NCBI GenBank assembly: GCA_044229075.1 | Contig: JBGATS010000001.1 | Span: forward strand, 275-64,274 | DNA: 64,000 bases | Reading direction: 5' to 3' | From: Minisyncoccia bacterium | Lineage (GTDB): Bacteria; Patescibacteriota; Minisyncoccia; Phycocordibacterales; UBA1006 | Part shown: positions 48,474-58,071 of the stretch, piece by piece | Layout: every line of letters begins with the position of its first letter | Position numbering within the stretch: position 1 is the stretch's first letter | Translations under genes and position numbers: made by a program | Notes under the pieces: generated by a model | Told to the model about the DNA's origin: nothing | Database searches by the model: none | What the model saw: the letters and a program-made list of their open reading frames with translations, nothing else

Positions 48474-48890
48474 TTATTTATTCTTAACCTCTTCCAATAT
48501 CTTGAAAATTTTATCCAGCTTATCATCCTCGATCCGTGCGAGCCTGATTTGGAGTTCTTCGATTTCTTGTTTTGCGGCAATATTAGTTTCAAAATCTGCC
48601 TGTGCCTGGGCACGATCACGATCAGATTGTCGGTTTTGAGACATCATGATAATTGGTGCCGCATATGCTGCCTGCGTTGAAAAAAGTAAATTCAAGAGAA
48701 TAAACGGAAACGGATCCCAATGCTGCATAATGCCGATCACGTTCAATGTCATCCATACCGCAACAATTATTGTCTGAATAATAATAAATTTCCATGAACC
48801 CATTCCCGACGCTACCGCATCTGCCAAACATTCACCAAAAGTTCGTTCATCAATGTATTTTTTATGCCAATTTTTTTTACGAGTTTCCAT
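48474..48890 (-). CDS. DUF1003 family membrane protein
   Basis: GSWKFII, DPFPFILLNL..S.QAAYAAPIIMMSQNRQ. Confidence 0.92.
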   Translation of the reverse strand: METRKKNWHKKYIDERTFGECLADAVASGMGSWKFIIIQTIIVAVWMTLNVIGIMQHWDPFPFILLNLLFSTQAAYAAPIIMMSQNRQSDRDRAQAQADFETNIAAKQEIEELQIRLARIEDDKLDKIFKILEEVKNK

Positions 48891-48893
48891 AAT

Positions 48894-49982
48894 TTATTCA
48901 AGAAGATATGCGAGCGCAGTGCTCATTACGGGTAAATACAGAGGAAGTTCCTCTGCAGGAATCTGGATAATTATTTCATCATCCATTAATTCCGTAGGAA
49001 TAACATCAATTGGGGTGACCATACTTCCAGAACGAATACCGAGATATTGCGCAATTCCAGGAATACTTGCACCGATCCCATAGAGGTACCACTGATTTGG
49101 TGCCCCGTGATAAAATGGATGGTTGTACACTTTTGAAGAACAGCTTTCAATTGCTTGATGTAGTCCTGTTACTAATGGTTGGAGTGTATCTCTGAGTGCG
49201 TGTAAAATTAATGGGTCGGGATGTGTTTGGAGTACTCCATAATGAGTAATAATTTTCTGTGCCTCGCGCAACGGTATTGAAAGTTTTTCTTGAAGTGTCT
49301 GCAGAAGTTGTTCGCTCCCTATTTGACACCAGGACGATGCGATAATTTTACCAGAACGGATAACGCTGATTTGTGTGTCTCGCCCTGCAATTGCAATCGT
49401 TCCGTACAGAGCTCCTTGATTCATGTATTGTGCAACTCGATGAATAGCAAAACTGGTTATATCAATATGTCCGATCGTAAATCCAGCAGACTCGAGTATT
49501 TCTGGAAAAAATCGAAACTGATCTGGGTGCGCCACTGATACGTGAATATGATACCCTTCATCTGATTCTTGGATTACTTCATAATCACTGATGATGTCGC
49601 TGGCAGTAAACTGTGGGTGGCTCTGGATTACTTTTTGCAAATATAACTCAATAATTTTTTGGAGTGAGTTCTGATTGGTAGTAGTTCCTGTTTTTATCAC
49701 TGTGTGTGGCATTACGGTATGGAACACGGTAATGTATCGATCAGGAATAACAAGGTGGATATTAGTAAACCTATGTTTTTTTCGCAAACCACGCAATCGT
49801 TGAATAATAATTGGGTCAACCATGATTCTCTCGTCCTGGGTTATAAATTGATCGGCAATACGTTCACTAAAAAATTGCTTCACGGTTATATCGGTTCCCT
49901 TTTTTGATACATGAAAAAAACGCAATGTTCGATCGTCGAACATACATGCAACAGAATCACGAACAGGATGTAAAAATGACAT
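48894..49982 (-). CDS. PilM/FtsA-like actin-fold protein
   Basis: ESAGF...ID...AI.R, T.ISV...G.I, IGSEQL...L, LYG.GA.IPG. Confidence 0.7.
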   Translation of the reverse strand: MSFLHPVRDSVACMFDDRTLRFFHVSKKGTDITVKQFFSERIADQFITQDERIMVDPIIIQRLRGLRKKHRFTNIHLVIPDRYITVFHTVMPHTVIKTGTTTNQNSLQKIIELYLQKVIQSHPQFTASDIISDYEVIQESDEGYHIHVSVAHPDQFRFFPEILESAGFTIGHIDITSFAIHRVAQYMNQGALYGTIAIAGRDTQISVIRSGKIIASSWCQIGSEQLLQTLQEKLSIPLREAQKIITHYGVLQTHPDPLILHALRDTLQPLVTGLHQAIESCSSKVYNHPFYHGAPNQWYLYGIGASIPGIAQYLGIRSGSMVTPIDVIPTELMDDEIIIQIPAEELPLYLPVMSTALAYLLE

Positions 49983-50093
49983 ATTGAATACAGTATATCA
50001 CTGGTTTCATTGTTTTCCAAGTGAATACTCAATTTTTTCCAAACACTTGACAAAAAAAGAGAACTGGGTAATATACCGATCAAACAATATCAT

Positions 50094-50402
50094 ATGGTGG
50101 AAGTCTTAATTATTGGGTGTATTGGCACAGTCTCAGCCTGTGTGCACACTATTGCCCAAAATATTGAAAAAGAAATAATTTTAGTTCGTCTCGAAAAAGA
50201 GCCAGTTGGAATTGAAACTTCAAGAGAAAAAAGTTTGGTAATCACAAGATTACCAAATGTTATCATTTCTGAGATTGTTTACGATCTTAAAAAAGAAGTT
50301 TTTATAAAATTAAAAAATATTTTTTCACAGATTAAAATTGCAGCACTATCTTCAAGATCGCTACTAAACTTAATCTATAAAAAATATAGACACCCACCAT
50401 AG
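50094..50402 (+). CDS. Hypothetical protein
   Basis: 102-aa ORF with TTGACA-16-TAATAT promoter. Confidence 0.5.
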   Translation: MVEVLIIGCIGTVSACVHTIAQNIEKEIILVRLEKEPVGIETSREKSLVITRLPNVIISEIVYDLKKEVFIKLKNIFSQIKIAALSSRSLLNLIYKKYRHPP

Positions 50403-50466
50403 TTGGGTTAGGTAAAATTTTAAATTTATAAAGACTGAAAACCTCTTTCGAAAGAAAGAGGGTTTT

Positions 50467-50838
50467 TTATCGAACAGCACTTCCTGGGGCAACAGGAGAT
50501 TCTGGGACCAGAAATATTGGCGCTCCGTCACCTACCGCCAATAACATTCCATGACTTTCCAATCCTCGAATGGTGCGTGGTTCCAGGTTCACGATATAGA
50601 GAACTTGTTTACCAATGAGTTCCTGGTAACCAGGGTAATATTCCCGGATACCTGACAAGATCTGTCGTACTGGAACAATGGTTCCATCGGGTAGTTCAAG
50701 ATCTTGAGTCTTTAACTCCTCGGTAAATTGGATCAAGAATTTCAAAAGCTTGTCAGCGCCTTCTATTTCTTCGACATGGCGTATTATTCCAATACGGATG
50801 TCCATTTTTTTAAATTCATCATAGGTTACATATTCCAT
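50467..50838 (-). CDS. tRNA-binding OB-fold protein (Trbp111/CsaA/MetRS C-terminal type)
   Basis: F.KMDIRIG, ADKLL, RQILSGI, NLEPR.I.G.ES.GMLLA. Confidence 0.9.
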   Translation of the reverse strand: MEYVTYDEFKKMDIRIGIIRHVEEIEGADKLLKFLIQFTEELKTQDLELPDGTIVPVRQILSGIREYYPGYQELIGKQVLYIVNLEPRTIRGLESHGMLLAVGDGAPIFLVPESPVAPGSAVR

Positions 50839-50870
50839 AGACTATCTATAGCATGAAATAAAAAAAAATT

Positions 50871-51299
50871 CTATTGATGTCTCTCTAAAAAACGCTGGAG
50901 AATGCTTGCAGCTGCTTGTGCGTCAATTGATGTTGTAGAAGTTTTTTTCGTCCTCTGTCGAGATATTGGTTTTTCAATACTTTTTGTAAAATCTAAACTT
51001 TTCAAGAAATGCGAGGTGAATCGTTCGTCTTCCAACGAAACAGTCACACCTGATAGTTTCTGAAGCTCCTCTACGAATGCGTCAATATCATCCATAATTC
51101 CATTGCGGGCACCTGATGTGGTGAGTGACTTTCCTACCACAATTCCTGTGATTGATTCTGTGGCAATGATCGAGAGGATATTCGAAAAGAGCGCGCGATC
51201 ATTTTCAAGTACTTGTTTTGGAAATGCAATCACCCCTTGTTCATCAGAAACAGCAATACCAACGCGTTTTGATCCATAATCAATTCCCATGTATTTCAT
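50871..51299 (-). CDS. yqgF: YqgF/RuvX-family nuclease
   Basis: GIDYGSKRVGIAVSD, DERFTS, DAQAA..ILQ. Confidence 0.93.
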   Translation of the reverse strand: MKYMGIDYGSKRVGIAVSDEQGVIAFPKQVLENDRALFSNILSIIATESITGIVVGKSLTTSGARNGIMDDIDAFVEELQKLSGVTVSLEDERFTSHFLKSLDFTKSIEKPISRQRTKKTSTTSIDAQAAASILQRFLERHQ

Positions 51300-51397
51300 A
51301 TTTTTTATACTACCATGTTTACTCATGATTTTCCAACCAACCTCTTGTCTTTTCTCGGAAATCTGATAGAGTAAAGAAGCTTCGAGAGAAGACGCTT

Positions 51398-51482
51398 GGA
51401 GGCGTGGATGAGTGGTTTAAATCAACAGTCTTGAAAACTGTCGACTCGAAAGGGTCCGTGAGTTCGAATCTCACCGCCTCCG
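51398..51482 (+). tRNA. tRNA-Ser(TGA)
   Basis: GGAGGCG/CGCCTCC acceptor, loop CTTGAAA, long variable arm, GTTCGAATC. Confidence 0.95.
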
Positions 51483-51483
51483 C

Positions 51484-51683
51484 TATAACATAATGAACCC
51501 AGCACGAAAGTGTTGGGTGATTTATGTTACCGGAAAGGCGTGAGATGAGAAAAGAGCGAAGCGGTTTACGAAATTCGAGGAACGAGAATTTTGTCGCGAG
51601 CGGCGGGGCCGAGCGAGTGAGATATTTTATGAGCGAAGCGAAATAAAATATCCACGAGGGTGGCCGAATCTCACCGCCTCCGC
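51484..51683 (+). repeat. tRNA-Ser-associated 200 bp structured element
   Basis: Ends in an exact 19-bp copy of the tRNA 3' end (51665-51683 = 51465-51483). Confidence 0.85.
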
Positions 51684-51785
51684 ATTGACAACCTGGTAGA
51701 TACATGACCCATGTACCTATGAAAGTTGTACGACCCACAAAGGTTGAGCACTAAACAAAAAGAGCGACTATTGTCGCTCTTTTTG

Positions 51786-52592
51786 TCATCGAACCTCTTT
51801 CAAGAAATCATTTCCATCTTCTATTTTTCCAGTGATAGGTTTTGAAGAAATCCACATTAATTCAAATTGAGTGGAAAGCATTTCTACTAATTCTTTACTT
51901 TCAATAATGAAACCGAATGCCTCTTTCTTTGACGAGATAAAAGCAACCTTTTTTCCATAAATCCAGTAGCCCATAAAGAAAGATATATTTTTGGGAGCAA
52001 TGCGAATCTCTCTTAAAAACTCTTTACCAAACCCAAGGTAGGGATGTTTTTTAATATCTAATTTTTGAGATTCAGGCCATATAGCTCTAGTATATATTTT
52101 TCTTTGAATTCGTTCTTTATTGAGATCTCGAAAAAAAGATTCCGATAAAATATCAACCATAGATTTTATAGGCCAATACGCTTTTGTCTCAATATCACGA
52201 TACAGCATCATATCTTTCAAAATCTGCTTGAGACCTTCTTTACCTTCAAAAAGTTGAAAACGTGGATTACTTGCTGATCCATGAATAGCTATTTGTTCGT
52301 AGAGATCTGCGATCTGATTTTTGCCAGCTTCAAGATCTTTAATTTTTTCACTAAATAATTTCTCTATTTTTTCTTTCGAGCACGCATGGAATGTTTTGAC
52401 ACCATTCTTTTGTGATTCAGTAACTAGCCCTATATCTTTTAGTTTTCTCACAAACCCATACAAAGAGGGACGCGAAAGTCCCGTCTTCTTTGCAAGATTG
52501 CCTGCTGTTTGCTCACCTTGCTCAATAAGAAAAACAAATGTTTTTATCTCATCCTCGCGTAAGCCGAATTGTACGAGTATTTTTTCGATCAT
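51786..52592 (-). CDS. TrmB-family transcriptional regulator
   Basis: L...GL..E...F..L...G..TA..LA..TGL.R..LY HTH; FEGKEG; C-terminal IYG.KVA.IS. Confidence 0.85.
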   Translation of the reverse strand: MIEKILVQFGLREDEIKTFVFLIEQGEQTAGNLAKKTGLSRPSLYGFVRKLKDIGLVTESQKNGVKTFHACSKEKIEKLFSEKIKDLEAGKNQIADLYEQIAIHGSASNPRFQLFEGKEGLKQILKDMMLYRDIETKAYWPIKSMVDILSESFFRDLNKERIQRKIYTRAIWPESQKLDIKKHPYLGFGKEFLREIRIAPKNISFFMGYWIYGKKVAFISSKKEAFGFIIESKELVEMLSTQFELMWISSKPITGKIEDGNDFLKEVR

Positions 52593-52709
52593 GAGTGGAT
52601 GGTAGCAAAATATGTCATTGTTGTCAAGACTGTACAACAATATTTACATATTATCTGTATCGACTATAGTTAAATTAAATTTTTCTTTTAACAAAAAAAT
52701 GATTTTATT

Positions 52710-53363
52710 ATGCAAAAGATTCAATCACATGACTGGATTATTCTTCCTGGTGGGAAGAATGCAATCCTTAGATTTCCGTTTCATGGGGAACTAAAACAAT
52801 TAGGTACTCCAACTACTGGTTCGTACCGCTTGGCCACTCACGTAGAAGTCCTTGTTGTAGCCACTTCTCCGTATCCTTGGGGATTCATGCCTGAAAACAC
52901 GAATCCGACAAAGATTTGGAAAGAAAAAAGGATCGGCTATGGTGGACTTGTGCATTCTGCATGGTTCATCTTACAAAGTGATGAGCGTATCGGTGGAGCA
53001 CCAAATGTTCCTGAGGTAGGTCCAGGTGCGATGCGTCACTATCTCCTAACTTCAGGTGGTATTGATAATTCTCATCAACTCAACGACAACGAAGGATATG
53101 CAGTTGTTTGGGAAGATATTCCTGCTTGTAATGACCAGGTATATAGAACCATTCATGCTCATGTTTCAAAACATGTTACCGCAGATCGTGGCGGGGTTGT
53201 TATCTCACCCGTACAAAAAGAAACTGATATAATTCATGTTGGTTTCACTGGTAGATGTATGACCTGCCCAAATCCTGAAAGGATTTCAGTCAACGCATTG
53301 AAAGATGCTTGCTCGAAATTTTCTATTGAACTACATCCTGATTGGAAAGATTGGGTTTTGTAA
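52710..53363 (+). CDS. Hypothetical protein with C-terminal NifU-like domain
   Basis: H...DRGGV....V.FTGRCMTCP resembles the NifU C-terminal G.C..CP motif. Confidence 0.55.
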   Translation: MQKIQSHDWIILPGGKNAILRFPFHGELKQLGTPTTGSYRLATHVEVLVVATSPYPWGFMPENTNPTKIWKEKRIGYGGLVHSAWFILQSDERIGGAPNVPEVGPGAMRHYLLTSGGIDNSHQLNDNEGYAVVWEDIPACNDQVYRTIHAHVSKHVTADRGGVVISPVQKETDIIHVGFTGRCMTCPNPERISVNALKDACSKFSIELHPDWKDWVL

Positions 53364-53396
53364 AATGAAACCGACTTATATTAATAGGTCGGTTTT

Positions 53397-54722
53397 TTAC
53401 TTTAATAAAGTTATTTTCTTCTCTTTCAGTATCAACCTACTCCTTAAATGTCCCATAAGTTCACGCTTTTCAAGTGGTGTACCTTCTCGCAATACATACT
53501 TAGCATACTCTCTGGTATTCACATCATCCTCGTTGATGCTGTATTTTGGTGTACCTTTTGTTGCTAGTCTTTGTAGTCTATTGAATCGCTTTATTTCTTC
53601 CTCGAGCTTCATTCGCATACCTAACTCATTAATACTCACTTTATCTATGACCTTGAATAGTTCCTCGATAAGTTCCTCCTCTCGTATGTATTTGTTCTTA
53701 CAATTTCTATCTTTTGCCTTAGAGCATGAGTAGTAGATATATTTTGCATTGGTTCCATCTTTGAGCAACTTGTATTTTTCTTGAGCTGTTATACCTGACT
53801 GGCACATTCCGCATGTAAATAATTTCGTAAAGGCAAACTCTCGATTTTCTCGAACAATTTTATCTCGCTTTAGATGTTCTTGTGCTTTTTTAAACAACTC
53901 TTCATCAATTATTGGCTCATGACTTCCTTGGTACCAATTACCGCTATTTTTAGGATATTCGAATGGTCCATAATATATCGGCATATCAAATATACGATAA
54001 ACCCCTGAGAGTGTCAGGGGTTTGTTTCCTCGAGTATAAAAATTTAACTCAAATCGCAACCAGTTGTATACCTTGCGACCACTCCAATTTTCATAGGCAA
54101 CCTTTTCAAACATTTTTTTGATTATTGGGGCTCGCTCTGGATCAATGGCGAGCTGACATTTTCGATCCATAATTTTCTGGTTGAGATATCCAAGTGGTGC
54201 CATTCCAGGCCAGAGACCCATTTCTACTCGTGTACGAAGTCCGCGCTTCACATTGATACCTCGGTTATCGTTCTCAAGTTTTGCTTGCGATCCGAGAATC
54301 ATTAGGAGAAATTTCTCATTTGGATTATTTGAAAACGTCTGTCCGAAAGTTCGTATTTGGAGGAGTTTACCTGCATCCATCAGGTCTACGATTTTTCCTA
54401 GATCTCCGGCGTTTCTGGAAATACGATCTGGTGCCCATGTCAGAATCGCATTATATTTACCATCTCGAATTTCCTCTACGATTTCATTAAATACGGGTCG
54501 TTGTCCAGTTTCTTTTGCGCTGTGACTTTCTCGTTTCATAGCTACAATCTCTAGTCCTTCACGTTCGGCGAGTGCAAGCATTTCATTAATTTGAGAGTCT
54601 ATTGAAAGTACCTGTCTCTCCTCAGACTCTGTCGACTTTCTTGCATAAAGGCAATATTTCGCCTTTATTATATTTTGCTCTACTGGGGCTATTTCATAGC
54701 CATTTGGTGCATTTATTTTCAT
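53397..54722 (-). CDS. Large serine recombinase
   Basis: YARKSTESE, DRISRN, HEPII, CGMC..YYSC zinc ribbon; start ATG 54722. Confidence 0.93.
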   Translation of the reverse strand: MKINAPNGYEIAPVEQNIIKAKYCLYARKSTESEERQVLSIDSQINEMLALAEREGLEIVAMKRESHSAKETGQRPVFNEIVEEIRDGKYNAILTWAPDRISRNAGDLGKIVDLMDAGKLLQIRTFGQTFSNNPNEKFLLMILGSQAKLENDNRGINVKRGLRTRVEMGLWPGMAPLGYLNQKIMDRKCQLAIDPERAPIIKKMFEKVAYENWSGRKVYNWLRFELNFYTRGNKPLTLSGVYRIFDMPIYYGPFEYPKNSGNWYQGSHEPIIDEELFKKAQEHLKRDKIVRENREFAFTKLFTCGMCQSGITAQEKYKLLKDGTNAKYIYYSCSKAKDRNCKNKYIREEELIEELFKVIDKVSINELGMRMKLEEEIKRFNRLQRLATKGTPKYSINEDDVNTREYAKYVLREGTPLEKRELMGHLRSRLILKEKKITLLK

Positions 54723-54838
54723 ACACCTAACTAATGCCGCAGGACGTCCCATAAGTCTAGGTTCTTTGAAAAATAACTGTTGGTAACTAAATATTGCAAA
54801 AGCTTGCTTTTATTTTAAAAGTGCAGTATACTCTTTAC

Positions 54839-55426
54839 ATGCAAAAGAAATTGAGTCAATTAGCAACCATAGTTTCAGGGTACACATTCCGTGGATCTAT
54901 AGAAAACGACCCAAATGGAGATATTTTTGTGCTCCAAGCTAAAAATATACAAACGAGTCGAGATATTGAGGATGTATTTGATTTTACAACAATTTCAGAT
55001 AAGTCTTTAAGAAATCCCTACTTCCTCCAATACAATGACATCTTGCTTGTTTCTAGAGGGTCAGGACTGGGTTCATTCAGATCTGCAGTTTTTATATCAA
55101 ACGAACCAAACGTGATGCCATCATCTTCAGTCCATGTAATACGAATTCATGATGTCACAGTCCTCCCTAAATATATATCGCTTTATCTCAACTCAGAAGT
55201 CGGACAAAAAGCATTATCTCAAATAGTTACAGGCGCTTCCTATATACAAAGTATCCTCGTAAAGAATCTAATAGATTTTGAAATTCTTATACCCCCGATC
55301 CATATACAAAAATCTATTATCTCACTACACGAAAATATTACAGACCAAGAACGGATACTAAAAAGAAAACAGGAACTACAAAAAAACATTATCAATGCAT
55401 CGTTTACTAACCTAATTAATAACTAA
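54839..55426 (+). CDS. Single-TRD (half-size) HsdS-like protein
   Basis: L..LA.I.SGY.FR, DILL..RG, YLNS..GQ, IPP...Q..I; lies directly before hsdM. Confidence 0.75.
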   Translation: MQKKLSQLATIVSGYTFRGSIENDPNGDIFVLQAKNIQTSRDIEDVFDFTTISDKSLRNPYFLQYNDILLVSRGSGLGSFRSAVFISNEPNVMPSSSVHVIRIHDVTVLPKYISLYLNSEVGQKALSQIVTGASYIQSILVKNLIDFEILIPPIHIQKSIISLHENITDQERILKRKQELQKNIINASFTNLINN

Positions 55427-55427
55427 T

Positions 55428-56939
55428 ATGACTAATCAAAAATACACACAAGAAGACTTAAACAAAATCCTCTGGCAAGCAGCGGATTCTTCTCGCATAC
55501 AAGTTGACGCAGGTGTTTACAAAGACTACGTACTTGCAATGCTTTTCTTTAAATATCTTAGCGACCTTTCAAAAAAGAAACGAAATGAATACAAAGAACG
55601 TTTTGGTAATGATGAAAAACGTACTGAAGAAAAAATGAAGCTTGATCGCTTCTATCTTCCTCCAAAGTCTTCTTTTGATTATATCTATTCTATCCTCGAA
55701 CAAGACAATCTTGGTGAAGAAATAAACAAAGCACTTCATCGTATTGAAGATGCCAACAAGGAAAAACTTGATGGTGTATTTTCTGTAGACTTCAATTCTG
55801 AATCAACTTTAGGAAAACTTGCAGAGCGAAACAAAATGCTCCGTCATCTAGTACAAGACTTTGCAAAAATGGATCTCTCGGATGTAAATGACGATATTAT
55901 TGGTAATTCATATATGTACATGATTGAGCGCTTTGGAGCCGATGCAGGCAAAAAAGCAGGAGAATTTTTCACTGTGCGTAACGTTGCTCATCTTGTAGCA
56001 AGACTAGCTGAACCAAAAGTAGGTGCACGTATTTGTGATCCATGTTGTGGTTCTGGAGGACTACTACTGCTTGCAGGTGAAGAAGTAGAAAAACAAGGTT
56101 CAAAAAACTATGCTCTTTACGGTCAAGAATCTACAGGATCAACCTACCAACTCGCTCGTATGAACATGTTCCTCCATGGAAAAGACTCTGCACGACTTGA
56201 ATGGGGCGACACATTAAATAATCCTCTTCTTGTAGAAAATGATCACTTAATGAAGTTCGACACCATTGTTGCCAATCCTCCGTTTTCTCTTAAAAAATGG
56301 GGTGCTGAACATGCAGAGGCTGATAAGTATAAACGCTTCTTGCGTGGTGTTCCACCAAAAGACAAAGGTGACTTTGCTTTTATTACTCATATGGTAGAGA
56401 CACTTAAACCAAAGACTGGTCGCATGGCAGTAGTTGTTCCTCATGGTGTTCTCTTCCGTGGAGGAGCAGAAGGAAAAATCCGTGAGCAACTTCTTAAAGA
56501 GAATATCGTTGAAGCTGTTATCGGACTTCCTGCAGGGTTGTTCCAAACAACTGGTATTCCTGTAGCAATTCTTATACTTGATCGCTCACGAGAAAAAGGA
56601 GGAGAAAATGAAAACAAAAAAGATGTATTCTTTATCGAAGCATCAAAAGAGTTCAAATCTAACAAAGCGCAAAATATTCTTACTGATGAAAATATCGAGA
56701 AGATTTATTCTACTTACAAAACTCGTAAGGATGTAGAAAAATTTGCTCGTAAAGTAAGCCTTAAAGAAATTGAGGAAAATGATTTCAATCTCAACATCAC
56801 TCGTTATGTAGATACATTCACAGAAGAAGCTCCTGTAGATATCAAAGCAAATTTGAAAGAGCTTGCTGAGCTTGAACCACAGCTAGAGAAGCTTGAGAAA
56901 CAAATGGTCGTATATCTAAAGGAGCTAGGAATTAAATAA
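55428..56939 (+). CDS. hsdM: Type I R-M methyltransferase subunit M
   Basis: LW.AAD, GEFFT, DPCCGSGG, NPPF, VPHGVLFRG, LNITRYVD. Confidence 0.96.
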   Translation: MTNQKYTQEDLNKILWQAADSSRIQVDAGVYKDYVLAMLFFKYLSDLSKKKRNEYKERFGNDEKRTEEKMKLDRFYLPPKSSFDYIYSILEQDNLGEEINKALHRIEDANKEKLDGVFSVDFNSESTLGKLAERNKMLRHLVQDFAKMDLSDVNDDIIGNSYMYMIERFGADAGKKAGEFFTVRNVAHLVARLAEPKVGARICDPCCGSGGLLLLAGEEVEKQGSKNYALYGQESTGSTYQLARMNMFLHGKDSARLEWGDTLNNPLLVENDHLMKFDTIVANPPFSLKKWGAEHAEADKYKRFLRGVPPKDKGDFAFITHMVETLKPKTGRMAVVVPHGVLFRGGAEGKIREQLLKENIVEAVIGLPAGLFQTTGIPVAILILDRSREKGGENENKKDVFFIEASKEFKSNKAQNILTDENIEKIYSTYKTRKDVEKFARKVSLKEIEENDFNLNITRYVDTFTEEAPVDIKANLKELAELEPQLEKLEKQMVVYLKELGIK

Positions 56940-56943
56940 ATAT

Positions 56944-58071
56944 ATGAAAAACTTTGATTATAAAATTGTAGAACAAAAGTACCCTGACAGTTTAAGCCAG
57001 AATGGTTTTGATTTGATATTTAAAAATCCAGATCATGGGGCTTTAAATTTTTCGGAAATCGAAGCAGAATTTGTTGAATATTATGATATGTTTTTTGAAT
57101 TAGAAAAACTTGATTACAAAAATTCTCTATATCAGGAAGAAATTAATAACGTAGATAGAATAAGAAACGAACTAATAAATATATTTAACCAAATACAACA
57201 ATTTTCTATATCTGTACCAAACCCAACTCATGTTAAACAAAATATAATTAATCAGTTTAGAGATCAGATAAATAGAAATTCAAAACCTATAGAAGATTTC
57301 ATTTTAAAAATTAAATCAAAGAAATTCTTTGATTCTTCTGAAGGATCTAAAGCATTTGAAGAGATTCAAAAAGAAAAAGATTTAATTATTATCGAAAAAA
57401 ATAAGATTGAAAAAATTTCAGAGGAAATTGAAAGATATAGAGATGAATTAAAAGAGAAAATTAAAAACACTCAATTTGAAAAAATAGTTCAAACAGAGAG
57501 AACTAGCGGCGAACTAGAGTCAGCATCATTCTTTGAAGAGCAATCCTTAATTCATAAATTAAACGCTGATCAAATTGAAAATGAATTAGGGTGGCTACAA
57601 AAAAGAACAAAATTTGAAAAATATATTTACTGGCTTTTAGGGATTAGTGCGGGATTATTTTTGCTTAGTTTTGTTTTCTTAGTTATCTGGGGTGGCGTAA
57701 ATGAAGATGTACAAATTATTGATGCGATTAAGGTATGGGAAGCGTTCTGGGATATAAGAGCTGGACTTTTTATTCTTTCTTTGCTTTCTATTTTTTACAC
57801 GGGTTTATATTTTGCTACTAAAAATTATTCAAGAGAAAAAGACTTTGAGTATCAAAATAAGAATAAATCAAATATAGTAAAAAGTGTTGGATTATTTTCA
57901 TCTGGATCATCTGATCAAATTAGGCAGAATATTTATGAGATTGCCGCACGAACAATCTTTTCTGCCTACTCATCGTTTAATGAAGTAGATAAAAATCAAA
58001 ATTCTCAAATAAATCTTTCAGCTTCAACCGCTGACATAACTAAAAAGATTACATCAGCACATGAAAACTAA
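56944..58071 (+). CDS. Coiled-coil, 2-TM hypothetical protein inside the R-M operon
   Basis: AT-rich 375-aa ORF overlapping the hsdS start. Confidence 0.7.
   Translation: MKNFDYKIVEQKYPDSLSQNGFDLIFKNPDHGALNFSEIEAEFVEYYDMFFELEKLDYKNSLYQEEINNVDRIRNELINIFNQIQQFSISVPNPTHVKQNIINQFRDQINRNSKPIEDFILKIKSKKFFDSSEGSKAFEEIQKEKDLIIIEKNKIEKISEEIERYRDELKEKIKNTQFEKIVQTERTSGELESASFFEEQSLIHKLNADQIENELGWLQKRTKFEKYIYWLLGISAGLFLLSFVFLVIWGGVNEDVQIIDAIKVWEAFWDIRAGLFILSLLSIFYTGLYFATKNYSREKDFEYQNKNKSNIVKSVGLFSSGSSDQIRQNIYEIAARTIFSAYSSFNEVDKNQNSQINLSASTADITKKITSAHEN

Noticed and set aside
51319-51738. 139-aa minus-strand ORF
   Set aside because: Antisense shadow of tRNA-Ser and its tail element.
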